Positions 38,438 to 47,586 of a DNA stretch of 64,000 nt are shown piece by piece. The stretch lies in the IMG/VR virus record IMGVR_UViG_3300047388_000107, positions 1 through 64,000 of that record. One strand, given 5' to 3'. How positions within the stretch are numbered: the stretch's first letter is position 1; the number at the start of each line of letters is the position of its first letter. Below the pieces are notes generated by a model. The model had not been told where the DNA came from. It made no database searches and saw nothing but the letters and a program-made list of their open reading frames with translations. The translations under genes and the position numbers were made by a program. The stretch comes from a virus.

Positions 38438-40051
38438 TCAGTTGTCGATCTGATGAATACGTCCGTCTGCATCGTACCATCCTTTTACAGTGATGCGACC
38501 ATTTGCGGATTTACGTAGATAAACGCTAACTATTTTTGTTGGTAATATCTGAAACGGCCAAATCACGGTGGCATATTTGGTGGGTATTTGCCACGTGGTT
38601 CCGTAGCGAAATGGCGGTTCGCAAATTTCCTGCCACGGGTTGGCTGCGATGATTTCCGAGACGTTGACTAGCGCGTTGGTAGCTCCTCGCTCGGTCAGGT
38701 CTTTGCCGGGTTTTTGGACTGAGGTATTATCGTATCCACAATGCGGACAGACAGGGTGAAGCCACGTGGCGTAAATTCCATTGCAGGCGTTACAACTTTT
38801 AACGGAAGTTTGGCGCAAGCCACAGTGAGGGCAGACAGCACCGTGATAATGCTGGTCAAATCTTTCCGTGCAACCTTTGCATTTCGTAGCGCTCTGATGA
38901 ATTCGTCCACATTTTGGGCATGTCCGGCCATGTTCCCACGTCTCCCATTCGGTGTCGCAGCTTTCACAAACCAGCACGGCACCGGGTGCAGCTGCAATCT
39001 GATCCAGCGAACCATGACGCGAGACGTTACCGCCGAAATCTAGCACCGCGCAGTTTTGTGCGTGCGGCGTGATCCGCGCACCTCTGCCCAACGACTGGGC
39101 AAAGAACACTGGCGACTTGGTGGCGCGGCAGTACGCCAGCATGTCGACGTCCGGAACGTTGAAACCGGTATCGAACATCGCAACGCTGATCATAATGGGT
39201 AGCTCAAGCGCTCTGAACTTAGTGACCATTTTCTCGCGCTTGCCCTTGACCGACATGCTGTGAACGGCGGCGGCCTCGACGCCTAACTTGTTTAGTTTCT
39301 CTTCCAAGATGTCGGCATGCACGATGTTGCAAGCAAACACCAGCACGCATTTGCGCCGCTGCCGTTCCATGGTCTTGACGATGGCTTTGGTATGAACTGG
39401 TGACAGAGCTATCGCTCTGCTCGCTTGTTCTTCCAGATCGTAATCTTCACCGACAACCTTGAGACCATCGACATCGATCTCAGCGGCGTGATCCGAATAG
39501 GCCGGGATCAGCGGCTTGACATAGCCATCCTGTAGCGCGTCCAAGAAACTGTACTTGAAAATGATGGGACCGAAGGTCTTCTCCAGACTTCCGGTCCCAT
39601 CAGCGCGAAACGCCGTACCCGTTAATCCGCGCACTTTGGCATTAGGAATTGCTTCGAATACCTGTCGGTAGCTTGAAGTCTTGTTCACCGGAGTGCGGTG
39701 GACTTCATCAACCAAAATGAGTGTTACGTCCTGAAAATACTTGGTCCTGCGAACTACCGTCTGCACGGTCCCGACAGTGACCTTTCGATAAACATTTTTT
39801 GCAATAGAAGCAGAGCAGATGCCGGGCTGGAGGCCGACTTGCTGGCAAGCCAGAACATTCTGCAGCACCAGTTCTTTGTTGTGAGCGAGGATCAGCGTGC
39901 GGCCAGTCGTGTTGGCAGCAGCCAGCGCGCCCAAGATTAACGACTTGCCACCGGCTACCGCAACCTCCGCAACAGCCATTTTTTCAGGATACGCAAACAG
40001 CGCGTCGATGCATTCGGTCTGATGGGTGCGGAGGATGATTGGCTTGTTCAT
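38438..40051 (-). CDS. Superfamily 2 DExH helicase (RadD/ResIII-like) with six C-terminal CxxC motifs
   Basis: GGKS, DEVH, GLTGT..R, TGFN.P, Q.LGRG.R, LDFGGN..RHG. Confidence 0.92.
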   Translation of the reverse strand: MNKPIILRTHQTECIDALFAYPEKMAVAEVAVAGGKSLILGALAAANTTGRTLILAHNKELVLQNVLACQQVGLQPGICSASIAKNVYRKVTVGTVQTVVRRTKYFQDVTLILVDEVHRTPVNKTSSYRQVFEAIPNAKVRGLTGTAFRADGTGSLEKTFGPIIFKYSFLDALQDGYVKPLIPAYSDHAAEIDVDGLKVVGEDYDLEEQASRAIALSPVHTKAIVKTMERQRRKCVLVFACNIVHADILEEKLNKLGVEAAAVHSMSVKGKREKMVTKFRALELPIMISVAMFDTGFNVPDVDMLAYCRATKSPVFFAQSLGRGARITPHAQNCAVLDFGGNVSRHGSLDQIAAAPGAVLVCESCDTEWETWEHGRTCPKCGRIHQSATKCKGCTERFDQHYHGAVCPHCGLRQTSVKSCNACNGIYATWLHPVCPHCGYDNTSVQKPGKDLTERGATNALVNVSEIIAANPWQEICEPPFRYGTTWQIPTKYATVIWPFQILPTKIVSVYLRKSANGRITVKGWYDADGRIHQIDN

Positions 40052-40072
40052 GATTTACGTATACGCTATCGC

Positions 40073-40330
40073 TTACGGATTGTCAACACCGTTGAGATAT
40101 TTTTTATGCGCGTCCAGTATTTCTTGGCCGAATGTCTTGATGCGACCAGTCATAGCATTCAGCATGGTAGCGTGATCTCTGATCTGGTTCTCGATGCCTT
40201 CACTCAATGCTTTGGTGCTCGCCAACAGGTTCTGCGCCTCAAGCACGTTGTCTTCAGCCGATTTCAGCAATACCTTGATGAGCTGCTGAGCTATTTCTTC
40301 AAATTCATACGGAGGTTTTTCCACGTTCAT
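40073..40330 (-). CDS. Coiled-coil hypothetical protein
   Basis: Homologous to 53891-54250 (Y.FE.....L...L...AED...EAQ). Confidence 0.75.
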   Translation of the reverse strand: MNVEKPPYEFEEIAQQLIKVLLKSAEDNVLEAQNLLASTKALSEGIENQIRDHATMLNAMTGRIKTFGQEILDAHKKYLNGVDNP

Positions 40331-40477
40331 TCTCTCGCTCCTGCCATTCCATGCATGCTTGGACTGCTTTCTCTCTGGTTCGGATGTTGGTTTGCACGAC
40401 TTCGCATCGAGTAAACGTTGCATCTACCCTGATGATCTCCCAGATGCTGTTGTCTTCCACGGCAAAATACAAATCGT

Positions 40478-40506
40478 TTGACACTGTGATGCTCCCTGAT
40501 TAGAAC
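40478..40506 (+). promoter_or_regulatory. Sigma70-like promoter TTGACA-N17-TAGAAC for gcrA-like gene
   Basis: Read directly. Confidence 0.6.
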
Positions 40507-40538
40507 TTATCGCATACGTTATCGGAAAGGATTAGTCA

Positions 40539-40901
40539 ATGAGAATGGTTTGGACTAAGGAGATGGATATTGCATTGAAAGTTTTGATCGAAGAAGGAGT
40601 ATCCTACAAACAGATCGCAAAACAACTGAGTGCCGCATACGGTCTCGAGTTCACCAAGAATTCCTGTGTTGGAAGAGCCAACAGGCTGAGAAGGCCATCC
40701 CCACCACCGCCACAAAAAGTGACGATCTACGATCTGCGCGATGACCGCTGCAAATGGATATTGGGAGCTGTCAATGACAAGCCTCCGTATCTGTACTGCG
40801 GCAAACCCACCGGAGAACTTGGCATCTCATGGTGCCCGGTCCACGCCAGAAAAGTGTTCAACAAGACTAACGACATCGCCAAGATTTACCTCCGTGCGTG
40901 A
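40539..40901 (+). CDS. gcrA: GcrA cell-cycle regulator homologue
   Basis: WT......LK.L..EG.S..QIA..L....TKNS..G.A.RL and TI.DL....CKW..G......YCG........C..H. Confidence 0.88.
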   Translation: MRMVWTKEMDIALKVLIEEGVSYKQIAKQLSAAYGLEFTKNSCVGRANRLRRPSPPPPQKVTIYDLRDDRCKWILGAVNDKPPYLYCGKPTGELGISWCPVHARKVFNKTNDIAKIYLRA

Positions 40902-41415
40902 TCACTTTGTGCATGTCGTGCTGTTGACAGACATCTCTCACATCTAAACTAGCCAGCATCTGGCGCGTTGCACGAAACGTGCGGTTCATGAATTTTCGCC
41001 GGGCATCCCAGTTCGTATCTGCTGTTGCGTCTATAAAATTTTTCTCTTCTGGCGTAGCCACGGGGATGATGCGCTCAGTCTTGACCACTACTACCGGAGG
41101 GTTAAGACCAAAATTGAGAGAATGAGCTATCTCGGCTGGTGTTTGTTTTCCGTAAGCATCCCTGAGCGCCTTGGCTTTCTGTTCTTCAGTTGGAAACTTT
41201 GGTACTGTTGGGGCTCCAATCAGCATGGTGCCTGTTTTGTATGCGTCTTCTTTCTGCTTTTCAGGAGGCTGAATTTTAACGAGTTCTTCGTCGGTTACGA
41301 GCGGTCTTTGCAGCCCCAGCACCGTCATATTATCGGGCTTCATCCGCGTCCCCTCCAGTCTTTGTTGAGCCGATACAGCCGTTGTCATCAGCAGCAAAGC
41401 GACAAGTGTTTTCAT
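40867..41415 (-). CDS. Secreted hypothetical protein
   Basis: Signal peptide MKTLVALLLMTTAVSA; C-terminal DVC..H..HKV....SWRCR. Confidence 0.75.
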   Translation of the reverse strand: MKTLVALLLMTTAVSAQQRLEGTRMKPDNMTVLGLQRPLVTDEELVKIQPPEKQKEDAYKTGTMLIGAPTVPKFPTEEQKAKALRDAYGKQTPAEIAHSLNFGLNPPVVVVKTERIIPVATPEEKNFIDATADTNWDARRKFMNRTFRATRQMLASLDVRDVCQQHDMHKVITHGGKSWRCR

Positions 41416-43722
41416 CTAAGCCTCCCATGGCATCTTGAATGTGAATGGAGTGGATTGCATTGGCTGCCAAGTTTCACCCCAGTCACAGCCAATCAGCCAC
41501 GTCGTATCCGAATTGGTGACGACAAGACCGCGCAGCCTCAGACTGTTGAGGCAATCCTTGCCATCAACGAAGCCCGCTTCAATCTCCTTGATCGCTACTG
41601 GCGTCAGGATCATGTAGGTAACTTCCGGTGGTACGCCGTTCGGCGCATACTGCGCCTTGATCTCGTCGGTTGCTGGCGTCTTGGGACAGCGCTTCAACAG
41701 ATTAATCACGCCCGCAATGCGCTCCCGGTAAGGCAACCCGGTCGCCATGTAGAAACCACGCGATGGGCGGTTAACTTGATTGCTCTTCATCATTCGCATC
41801 AGGTAAGTCGCAACGTTCTTCTCGCTAATGCCGGTACGCACGGAGATGTCGCCTGCGGTCAGGCAGCATGCCGCAGTATGCAACGCCATTACCACTTCAC
41901 GGGTCTTGGTACCTTCGCCCGGCAGGAACAGTTCTGCCGCAGTCTGCGCCGGTTTCCACATTGGATTAGTGCCTTCCTTGATCATCTCGAAATCAAATTC
42001 CAGAATGTCGCGCATCCGGCTTTCGATCTTCACTACGTCGCCTTCCTTACCGATAATGATGGCGCCGTCCGCCGCGCCGCTGACGCCAAACGAGCCGTTG
42101 ATGCTGTCGATAGCGTCATCAACTTTACCTTTTTTAGTATGATGCACGACTAAGATCAAGACATTAAATTCCCATGCCAACCGCTGTACCGAAGCGACGA
42201 CTTTGTAATCCATCTGGTAGGCGTTGTCGGTCCGTTCTATCTTGCCACGAACCTGTTGCAGTACGTCGATCACCACCAGCCTGACACTGGGAAAGGTCTG
42301 TAAATTCGCCCTGATGTCATCCAGCAGCGTGCCGGTATCGTCGGCATTGACATAAAAAGGACCGTCCCTGCCATAACGCATCTTCATGTTTCTTCCTGCG
42401 CTGAAGCCTTTCGGCCGCAACAGCTTGATGCGTTCCTGAATGCGGCGCTCGCTGTCTTCCAGCATGTACATCAGCACTTCGCCATGCTGGCACTGTTCGC
42501 CCCAGAACAAGTTGCCTTCTGCGATGCTGAGTGCCAGTTCCAGAATGATCCAGCCTTTGCCGATTTTTGGCTTGCCTGCAAAAACGATGCAGCCAGCATC
42601 AGGAAGAAAGCGGTTCACCAGAAATTTCTGCGGCAGGAACGTCTTGTACATCAAGTCTTCAACGGTTCCGGCAGGATAACCCCGGCCGCTCGGCATCGGC
42701 AGCGGCTGCTTGGCCTTCAGCACCGCGACATTCTGGGCGAGCCCCATCGAGGCGCCGACACCACGGGCGAAGTCACGCTGGTCACCTTGACCCAGCGAAC
42801 CCGGCAGCATGCCGAAGGTTTCATCAGCCAGTTGGCCGATTTCAGCCAGTATCGGGTTGTCAATGCTCTCGTATTCTGTGATATTTTTGCAAACCTGATA
42901 CATGGCGTCGGTCAGCATCGGCGCAGTGCCGCTGGCTTTGATCAGCGCGCCATATTTCAGACCGAGACTGAACAGCTTGGTACCGCGTCCTGATCCTGCA
43001 GGCATGTTATCCACATAAAAAAGCATGCTTTTTATGTCGGCTTTGAACTCATTGAGGTTTTCCAGTGTCAGCATGGCGAGATCAGCTGCGCTCAAAGGTA
43101 CAGCTTCAATAAGCATGCTTTTCCGCAAGGCGAAACCAGCCGCAGTGACCGACGCTTCCAGTCCGGTTCGCAGTACATCAGCAAACACGAACGGCGGCAT
43201 CTGATCGAAGATGCTGGCGCCTTGATGCCAGTATTCCGTTGGATCATTCGGCAGCGGCGTTTTGTTGTGATAATTGCCCCACCAGACAACTTGCTTGCCT
43301 TCGCCCAGCAGCTGAACCGGACCGAATTTTTCCTGCTTGATGACGCCGGGCTGGGTGATGATGAGCGTGGCAGGACGGCGGCCCCAACGCCAATGGGTCG
43401 GATGAAAGAAAGTGTTGAGCGTGTTGGCAAAAGTCAGAGCTTTGGTGTTGTCGTCAATGTCGCAATCGACGCAGCGTACCTCGATAGGCCCCAACACCGG
43501 ATGGATGGTGAAACCAAGCTGGACCCCTACGCCGGTACATTCAGGCGCCAGAATATTGTTCAGCCGTATTTCAAGCGGAAATGTGTTCCATCCGGTGCCG
43601 CCCAGCGGTATCTTGCCGGTGACCGGGACCGGCAACAGTCCATGGATGGAATGCAGCTCGCGGGCTAATTTAACCAGCTCTTGCTTGTTCACGGCAACAC
43701 CCCACCACGGAGAGACGAACAC
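41416..43722 (-). CDS. Primase-helicase (Prim-Pol-like N-terminus + RepA/AAA_25 helicase + HTH)
   Basis: P..GK.P...W, VDCD, Q.V..G..H; GKPKIGKG Walker A, VVIDVL Walker B, VHHTKK, GS.G..GAAD; true start may be GTG 43692. Confidence 0.88.
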   Translation of the reverse strand: MFVSPWWGVAVNKQELVKLARELHSIHGLLPVPVTGKIPLGGTGWNTFPLEIRLNNILAPECTGVGVQLGFTIHPVLGPIEVRCVDCDIDDNTKALTFANTLNTFFHPTHWRWGRRPATLIITQPGVIKQEKFGPVQLLGEGKQVVWWGNYHNKTPLPNDPTEYWHQGASIFDQMPPFVFADVLRTGLEASVTAAGFALRKSMLIEAVPLSAADLAMLTLENLNEFKADIKSMLFYVDNMPAGSGRGTKLFSLGLKYGALIKASGTAPMLTDAMYQVCKNITEYESIDNPILAEIGQLADETFGMLPGSLGQGDQRDFARGVGASMGLAQNVAVLKAKQPLPMPSGRGYPAGTVEDLMYKTFLPQKFLVNRFLPDAGCIVFAGKPKIGKGWIILELALSIAEGNLFWGEQCQHGEVLMYMLEDSERRIQERIKLLRPKGFSAGRNMKMRYGRDGPFYVNADDTGTLLDDIRANLQTFPSVRLVVIDVLQQVRGKIERTDNAYQMDYKVVASVQRLAWEFNVLILVVHHTKKGKVDDAIDSINGSFGVSGAADGAIIIGKEGDVVKIESRMRDILEFDFEMIKEGTNPMWKPAQTAAELFLPGEGTKTREVVMALHTAACCLTAGDISVRTGISEKNVATYLMRMMKSNQVNRPSRGFYMATGLPYRERIAGVINLLKRCPKTPATDEIKAQYAPNGVPPEVTYMILTPVAIKEIEAGFVDGKDCLNSLRLRGLVVTNSDTTWLIGCDWGETWQPMQSTPFTFKMPWEA

Positions 43723-43723
43723 C

Positions 43724-43897
43724 CTACTCTTGTTCTATCGGTTCGTCACAGGCGTATCGCTCCATGATGTCGTGGCGAAACATCGCCATCTTGCGGGTGT
43801 GGCAGCGTGGGCATGTGTAGCACAGGAAGATGCCGTAGCCGTCAAACTGCGGCTCACGCTGTTCACCTGATCCGCATGGGCAGTATCTCAATTTCAT
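43724..43897 (-). CDS. Small Cys-rich protein
   Basis: GGAGG RBS; CPCGSG...DG.GIFL...C..C. Confidence 0.75.
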   Translation of the reverse strand: MKLRYCPCGSGEQREPQFDGYGIFLCYTCPRCHTRKMAMFRHDIMERYACDEPIEQE

Positions 43898-43907
43898 CCT
43901 GTCCTCC

Positions 43908-44010
43908 AATAAAAAGCATGCTTTTTTCGCGCCACCAATAAGCATGCTTTTTTCGATAGCGCAATCATAAAAGCATGCTTTTTTATCCACAGGAAAAAGC
44001 ATGCTTTTTT
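43908..44010. repeat. Four palindromic AAAAGCATGCTTTT-type units with a DnaA box (TTATCCACA 43983-43991)
   Basis: GCATGC cores at 43916, 43942, 43973, 43999 (spacing 26/31/26). Confidence 0.92.
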
Positions 44011-44094
44011 GTGTCCGGCCGGGCCGCCCCCGGCCGCGCGCCCGCTCGGTCCGCGCCGCGCGCCTGCCACAATTTCGCCGCATTCTAGCCACAA

Positions 44095-44122
44095 TTCTGG
44101 TATCTTGTATACTGTATACCAG
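44095..44122. repeat. Palindromic site CTGGTATCTTGTATAC-T-GTATACCAG, copy 1
   Basis: 27/28 match to reverse complement of 50015-50042. Confidence 0.88.
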
Positions 44123-44263
44123 CATACGCTGCGGCGCGGGAGGAATGCTGCGCCGCAGCGGGAACCGGCTGGCTAGCTCGTCTGGCTGGCTGGCTGTCAG
44201 GAGAACAGAAAATAAACCGTCAGCAGAGCAAACACAGCTGCCATGGTCAGTGCGTATTCCGCG

Positions 44264-44473
44264 TCATTCGTCATAGCCGTAGCCGCCCTCTGCCCGATCC
44301 GCGCAAGCGTCGCACTGGTAACCAAGCCGCTTGTCGGCTGGCGTGAGCCGGTTAGGTTGTCTGCAGGCAGGGCATGGCAGGTTACGGGGATTGCCGCGCC
44401 GTGCTGCCCGCAGCGCGCTGCGTCCACCGGGATCGGCAAAGTCCGGCCCATTATCGTCGTCATAGCGTCTCAT
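44264..44473 (-). CDS. Early hypothetical zinc-ribbon protein
   Basis: NPRNLPCP.C...NRLT..D...GYQCD.CAD. Confidence 0.75.
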   Translation of the reverse strand: MRRYDDDNGPDFADPGGRSALRAARRGNPRNLPCPACRQPNRLTPADKRLGYQCDACADRAEGGYGYDE

Positions 44474-44550
44474 TGTAAGCCTCGCTGGTTGGTTTGTTTT
44501 GGCTGCCCGTTATTGGGTAGCTCTCGAATGGATGGCCGCTCACTGACCTT

Positions 44551-44585
44551 CCTATTGCCTCAAGCCCGGACCGTCGAAAGACGGT
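44551..44585 (-). promoter_or_regulatory. Conserved intergenic hairpin element, copy A
   Basis: Minus strand ACCGTC-TTTC-GACGGT-CCGGGCTTGAGGCAATAGG. Confidence 0.7.
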
Positions 44586-44915
44586 TCAATCGTCGGCCGG
44601 TTCTTCCTCTTGGGGCCAGTCAAATGTTTCGGTCGCGTCGTTCCATTGCATCCCAACAGGGACTAGCCACAATGCGCCGTCTTGGTGCAAGTGATAGACT
44701 ACGCCGTCAATGTTCACGACCGCATTGTCGAGAACATATTGCCATTCGTCCCAATAGCATTCTTGATCGGGGCCGTTCTCCAGAACGGTCCAAACTTGCT
44801 CGCGAATGCCAATGACATGCGTGGCGCGGTCGGTCCAACAGTTGGCGAAGTCGCGCGGAATGTAGACGCCGCGATGATCATCAAGCCACAGCAGTACGTC
44901 AGGTTTGCCAGTCAT
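44586..44915 (-). CDS. Early hypothetical protein
   Basis: RGVYIP..FA, W..VLDNA, L.QDG.LW. Confidence 0.8.
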   Translation of the reverse strand: MTGKPDVLLWLDDHRGVYIPRDFANCWTDRATHVIGIREQVWTVLENGPDQECYWDEWQYVLDNAVVNIDGVVYHLHQDGALWLVPVGMQWNDATETFDWPQEEEPADD

Positions 44916-45199
44916 GAGTAGTAGCTCCCAATTTTGATCTGTTCACCATCCGGAGAAAGCCTGATCAGAACGCCAGAGAAATAGCTGTCGCTGGCATAGC
45001 CGTCCCAATTTTTCAGGTCGTCGCTATCGCAGGCCATGAACCCGTCCAGATGATACCAGTAACCGCGATAGCAAAAGAAACCATCCAGCACTTCTTCTGC
45101 GTTCTGGTAGCTGAATTGATCGGCTAGCACATCTGCCGGAACGTCGGAGCGGTAAACCAGATCACGCCACTTGTGATCGGTCCTGATGGTCAGGGTCAT
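44912..45199 (-). CDS. Early hypothetical protein
   Basis: FF.YRG..Y.L..F, WDG..SDS.FSG. Confidence 0.8.
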   Translation of the reverse strand: MTLTIRTDHKWRDLVYRSDVPADVLADQFSYQNAEEVLDGFFCYRGYWYHLDGFMACDSDDLKNWDGYASDSYFSGVLIRLSPDGEQIKIGSYYS

Positions 45200-45471
45200 G
45201 GCTGATGCTCCTTTTCCGCTTTCTCAATCGCGCTCTCGATCCATACGGCCAGATCAGACCGCGCGCGTTCGATATCTTTTTTGCCCTTGTACAAATGGCC
45301 CGTGTAATGGCTGGCTGCGCTTAGCGCGTGCGCCAAGCTTTTCCACGATCGGTGCGGCTTGATGCCTACGGCCATCAGCCTTAAGCCGCTCCGCAACGCG
45401 GCGGCTTGGAACGTGTGAACGTCCGAACCGATAAAGCTGACGGCGTTGCCGTTGTCGTCGTAGCCGATCAT
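45196..45471 (-). CDS. Early hypothetical protein
   Basis: AAGGA RBS, ATGA coupling. Confidence 0.7.
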   Translation of the reverse strand: MIGYDDNGNAVSFIGSDVHTFQAAALRSGLRLMAVGIKPHRSWKSLAHALSAASHYTGHLYKGKKDIERARSDLAVWIESAIEKAEKEHQP

Positions 45472-45680
45472 CGCTTGATTTCCTTCTGCGGTTTGAGAAT
45501 GTAGGCATGCTCCGCGATGTGCGGGTTGTTGTCGCGCAGGCCGCGCATGTAGCATTCGGCCAGTTCGCGCGTCGACGTGCGGTACAGCGACCGCATGTTG
45601 TGCGGCGGATCGATGACGACAGTCCATTGGGTTTCGTGAAACAGTCTGACCGGATGCCGGTCTTGGTGCCATGTGCTCAT
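45468..45680 (-). CDS. Early hypothetical protein
   Basis: GAGG RBS, coupled. Confidence 0.7.
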   Translation of the reverse strand: MSTWHQDRHPVRLFHETQWTVVIDPPHNMRSLYRTSTRELAECYMRGLRDNNPHIAEHAYILKPQKEIKR

Positions 45681-45871
45681 TGATATTTCCTCTCTCCGTG
45701 AAAAGCTTCACGGCATATCCGGTTAAATTGTCGCTCCGACATCGCGGCCAGTGCTTCGCTGTTGGGAAATTTGCCGATTGTGACAAAGCGCTGCATTCCA
45801 GAAGCTTTTTGCAGCACTGCGATTTGGTAACCGTACCAAACGACTTTCCATAGCTTGCTTTCGATATTCAT
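45677..45871 (-). CDS. Early hypothetical protein
   Basis: GGAGG RBS before MNIESK. Confidence 0.65.
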   Translation of the reverse strand: MNIESKLWKVVWYGYQIAVLQKASGMQRFVTIGKFPNSEALAAMSERQFNRICREAFHGERKYQ

Positions 45872-46134
45872 TGCCCGATCCTCCGATAGCGCCGAATGGA
45901 GCTGTTGCCCTCGCAATGCATGTTGGCGAGCTGCGGGTACTCGCCGCACTTGGCGCGGTAGGCTTCCATGAACTTCGCCATGTCGCAATCTTCTTCCAGA
46001 TAAAGCCAGTTGGCTTTCTGGTAACTGTATCTGGAGAAGTCAGCGACGCGCAATCCGACGTCGCCCGCGTCTTGATCCCGCACCGCTAACCATCCGTGAC
46101 TGCAATCGGTGTGATAGGTGAAACGTGTTCGCAT
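45868..46134 (-). CDS. Early hypothetical protein
   Basis: D..HGWL.V...S.YSY...YLEEDCD motif. Confidence 0.8.
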   Translation of the reverse strand: MRTRFTYHTDCSHGWLAVRDQDAGDVGLRVADFSRYSYQKANWLYLEEDCDMAKFMEAYRAKCGEYPQLANMHCEGNSSIRRYRRIGQ

Positions 46135-46176
46135 GTGATCTGCTCCTGTGAGAGGCCGTTCGTTCAGGGACCATTC

Positions 46177-46250
46177 CCTATTGGCTCAAGCCCGGTATGC
46201 GTCAGACCAGAATTTTAAAATTCTGTCGAAGCAGCCGGGCTTAAACCAAT
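46177..46250 (-). promoter_or_regulatory. Conserved intergenic long hairpin, copy B
   Basis: 16-bp outer stem with two G-U pairs on minus strand; inner CAGAATTTTAAAATTCTG palindrome. Confidence 0.75.
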
Positions 46251-46260
46251 GTTGGTTTGA

Positions 46261-46452
46261 TTACGTTACTCGGGTCTTTGCCGCTAACCGTTCAATGGCT
46301 TTGGCATCAACCGTCCACTCCTTTGCCAGATTGTTATCCTGCCAATTGGTCTGAACATGATCCGATTTTTCGTGACAAATCTCGGCAATGAAAAACAGCA
46401 CTTTGCTTAGTCCGAATTTGTCGATCATCATTTCCAGATCATCTTTGTTCAT
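46261..46452 (-). CDS. Early hypothetical protein
   Basis: LE.MID..GL..VL....EIC.EK..H...NWQD..LA..W. Confidence 0.75.
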   Translation of the reverse strand: MNKDDLEMMIDKFGLSKVLFFIAEICHEKSDHVQTNWQDNNLAKEWTVDAKAIERLAAKTRVT

Positions 46453-46465
46453 GTCCGTTGCTCCT

Positions 46466-46972
46466 TCAAAAAATCTTATCGATACATTCGGGACCAAAAC
46501 CTGAGGCGACCGATGACGGCACGGTCAGCTTGCGATTGCAGCGACCGCAACGGCCTTCATGCCAGATTTCCAGCTGATCCGGGATGGTGTCGCGGACAAT
46601 GGCTTTCCAAGCCCAAGCGAACGCGATTGCCGATGGCGCATCTGCGCCGATATCGCCAAGGCGAGGGTTCTTGCGGCCAAGCCAGAATACATCGCGAGAG
46701 ATACGGCCAAGATACTGGTAGTCTTGTTCGTTATTGGGACCGGACAATAGCGCCACGAAATGGCATTGGCCGTCCGGCGAGCTAGACACCCGATAGGTGA
46801 AACGAGCGCCGGTCTTTTTCGAGACCAGCGTCAAGGTTGACTTGCCAGCGAGCGCAAAGCGCTTAGCATCCAACGCGGTGACTAACCGGCCGGACATATC
46901 CGTGGTGTCCGCTGAAGATTTGATTTCGGCGCTATCCAGATCGTCATTCAAGGTGGCGAAAAAATCAGTCAT
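46466..46972 (-). CDS. DUF6011-like zinc-ribbon protein
   Basis: HEGRCGRC.RKLTVP.S...GFGPEC. Confidence 0.8.
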   Translation of the reverse strand: MTDFFATLNDDLDSAEIKSSADTTDMSGRLVTALDAKRFALAGKSTLTLVSKKTGARFTYRVSSSPDGQCHFVALLSGPNNEQDYQYLGRISRDVFWLGRKNPRLGDIGADAPSAIAFAWAWKAIVRDTIPDQLEIWHEGRCGRCNRKLTVPSSVASGFGPECIDKIF

Positions 46973-46985
46973 GACGGTTGTTCCT

Positions 46986-47165
46986 TTAGCTGGATTTAAC
47001 GAGGCGAAACTCGGCAACGACCCATTCGATGCCATCCGGCCGCATCACTTTGTAAAAAATTTCGCCGCTCGGTGTTTTGCCAAGTACGCAAATGACGTCC
47101 ATTTCAGTATCAACGGCGGGATAACCGCAAGCCCGCATCCAGTTGGCGCTAACCGTGACTTTCAT
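46986..47165 (-). CDS. Early hypothetical protein (59 aa, not in ORF track)
   Basis: GGAG RBS; MKVTVSANWMRACGYP... Confidence 0.6.
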   Translation of the reverse strand: MKVTVSANWMRACGYPAVDTEMDVICVLGKTPSGEIFYKVMRPDGIEWVVAEFRLVKSS

Positions 47166-47240
47166 CGTGGTATCTCCAGTGTGAGAGGAAAGAAAAAAAA
47201 CAGTCCGATAGCATTAGCGCTATCGGGACCGTGGATCAAG

Positions 47241-47339
47241 TCAGAAAATGATAATCATTGCGCCGTAATAGACCGTGGCTAAGAACAGGAATAGCACGGC
47301 GAACGCCAGCCAGTTGGCTACGGGATCATCGTTCCACAT
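47241..47339 (-). CDS. 32-aa single-TM peptide
   Basis: MWNDDPVANWLAFAVLFLFLATVYYGAMIIIF. Confidence 0.45.
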   Translation of the reverse strand: MWNDDPVANWLAFAVLFLFLATVYYGAMIIIF

Positions 47340-47586
47340 TGAATTTATCCAATAGCGAAGAATGATTGCACGCTTCGATAAACCGGTCAGCGTCAAAGCG
47401 ACCGTTCGAACGTTTACAGGCTGCTACGAAGCTATTGAGGACCGATTGCCATTGTGCGTGCTTGTTAGCGTCCCAATTCGCCATTGGCCTGCTTTCGGCC
47501 AGCACGGCGGCGATAAAGCAGAAATGACGATGTTGCAGTTCAGGGATTTTGTCCCTGTTGATGGTGGATCGGTCGCGTCCGTTCAT
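47326..47586 (-). CDS. Early hypothetical protein
   Basis: RHF.FIA..L ... N.RFD.DRF..AC. Confidence 0.8.
   Translation of the reverse strand: MNGRDRSTINRDKIPELQHRHFCFIAAVLAESRPMANWDANKHAQWQSVLNSFVAACKRSNGRFDADRFIEACNHSSLLDKFNVER

Noticed and set aside
43908-44010. CRISPR-like array of palindromes
   Set aside because: Units (~14-16 bp) and spacers are far too short.
43898-44125. N-terminal extensions with repeated KSML / KKACF peptides
   Set aside because: Translation of the DNA palindromes; the real start is ATG 43897 with GGAGG.
46177-46250. Integron attC site
   Set aside because: No RYYYAAC/GTTRRRY core pair recognised and no integron integrase.
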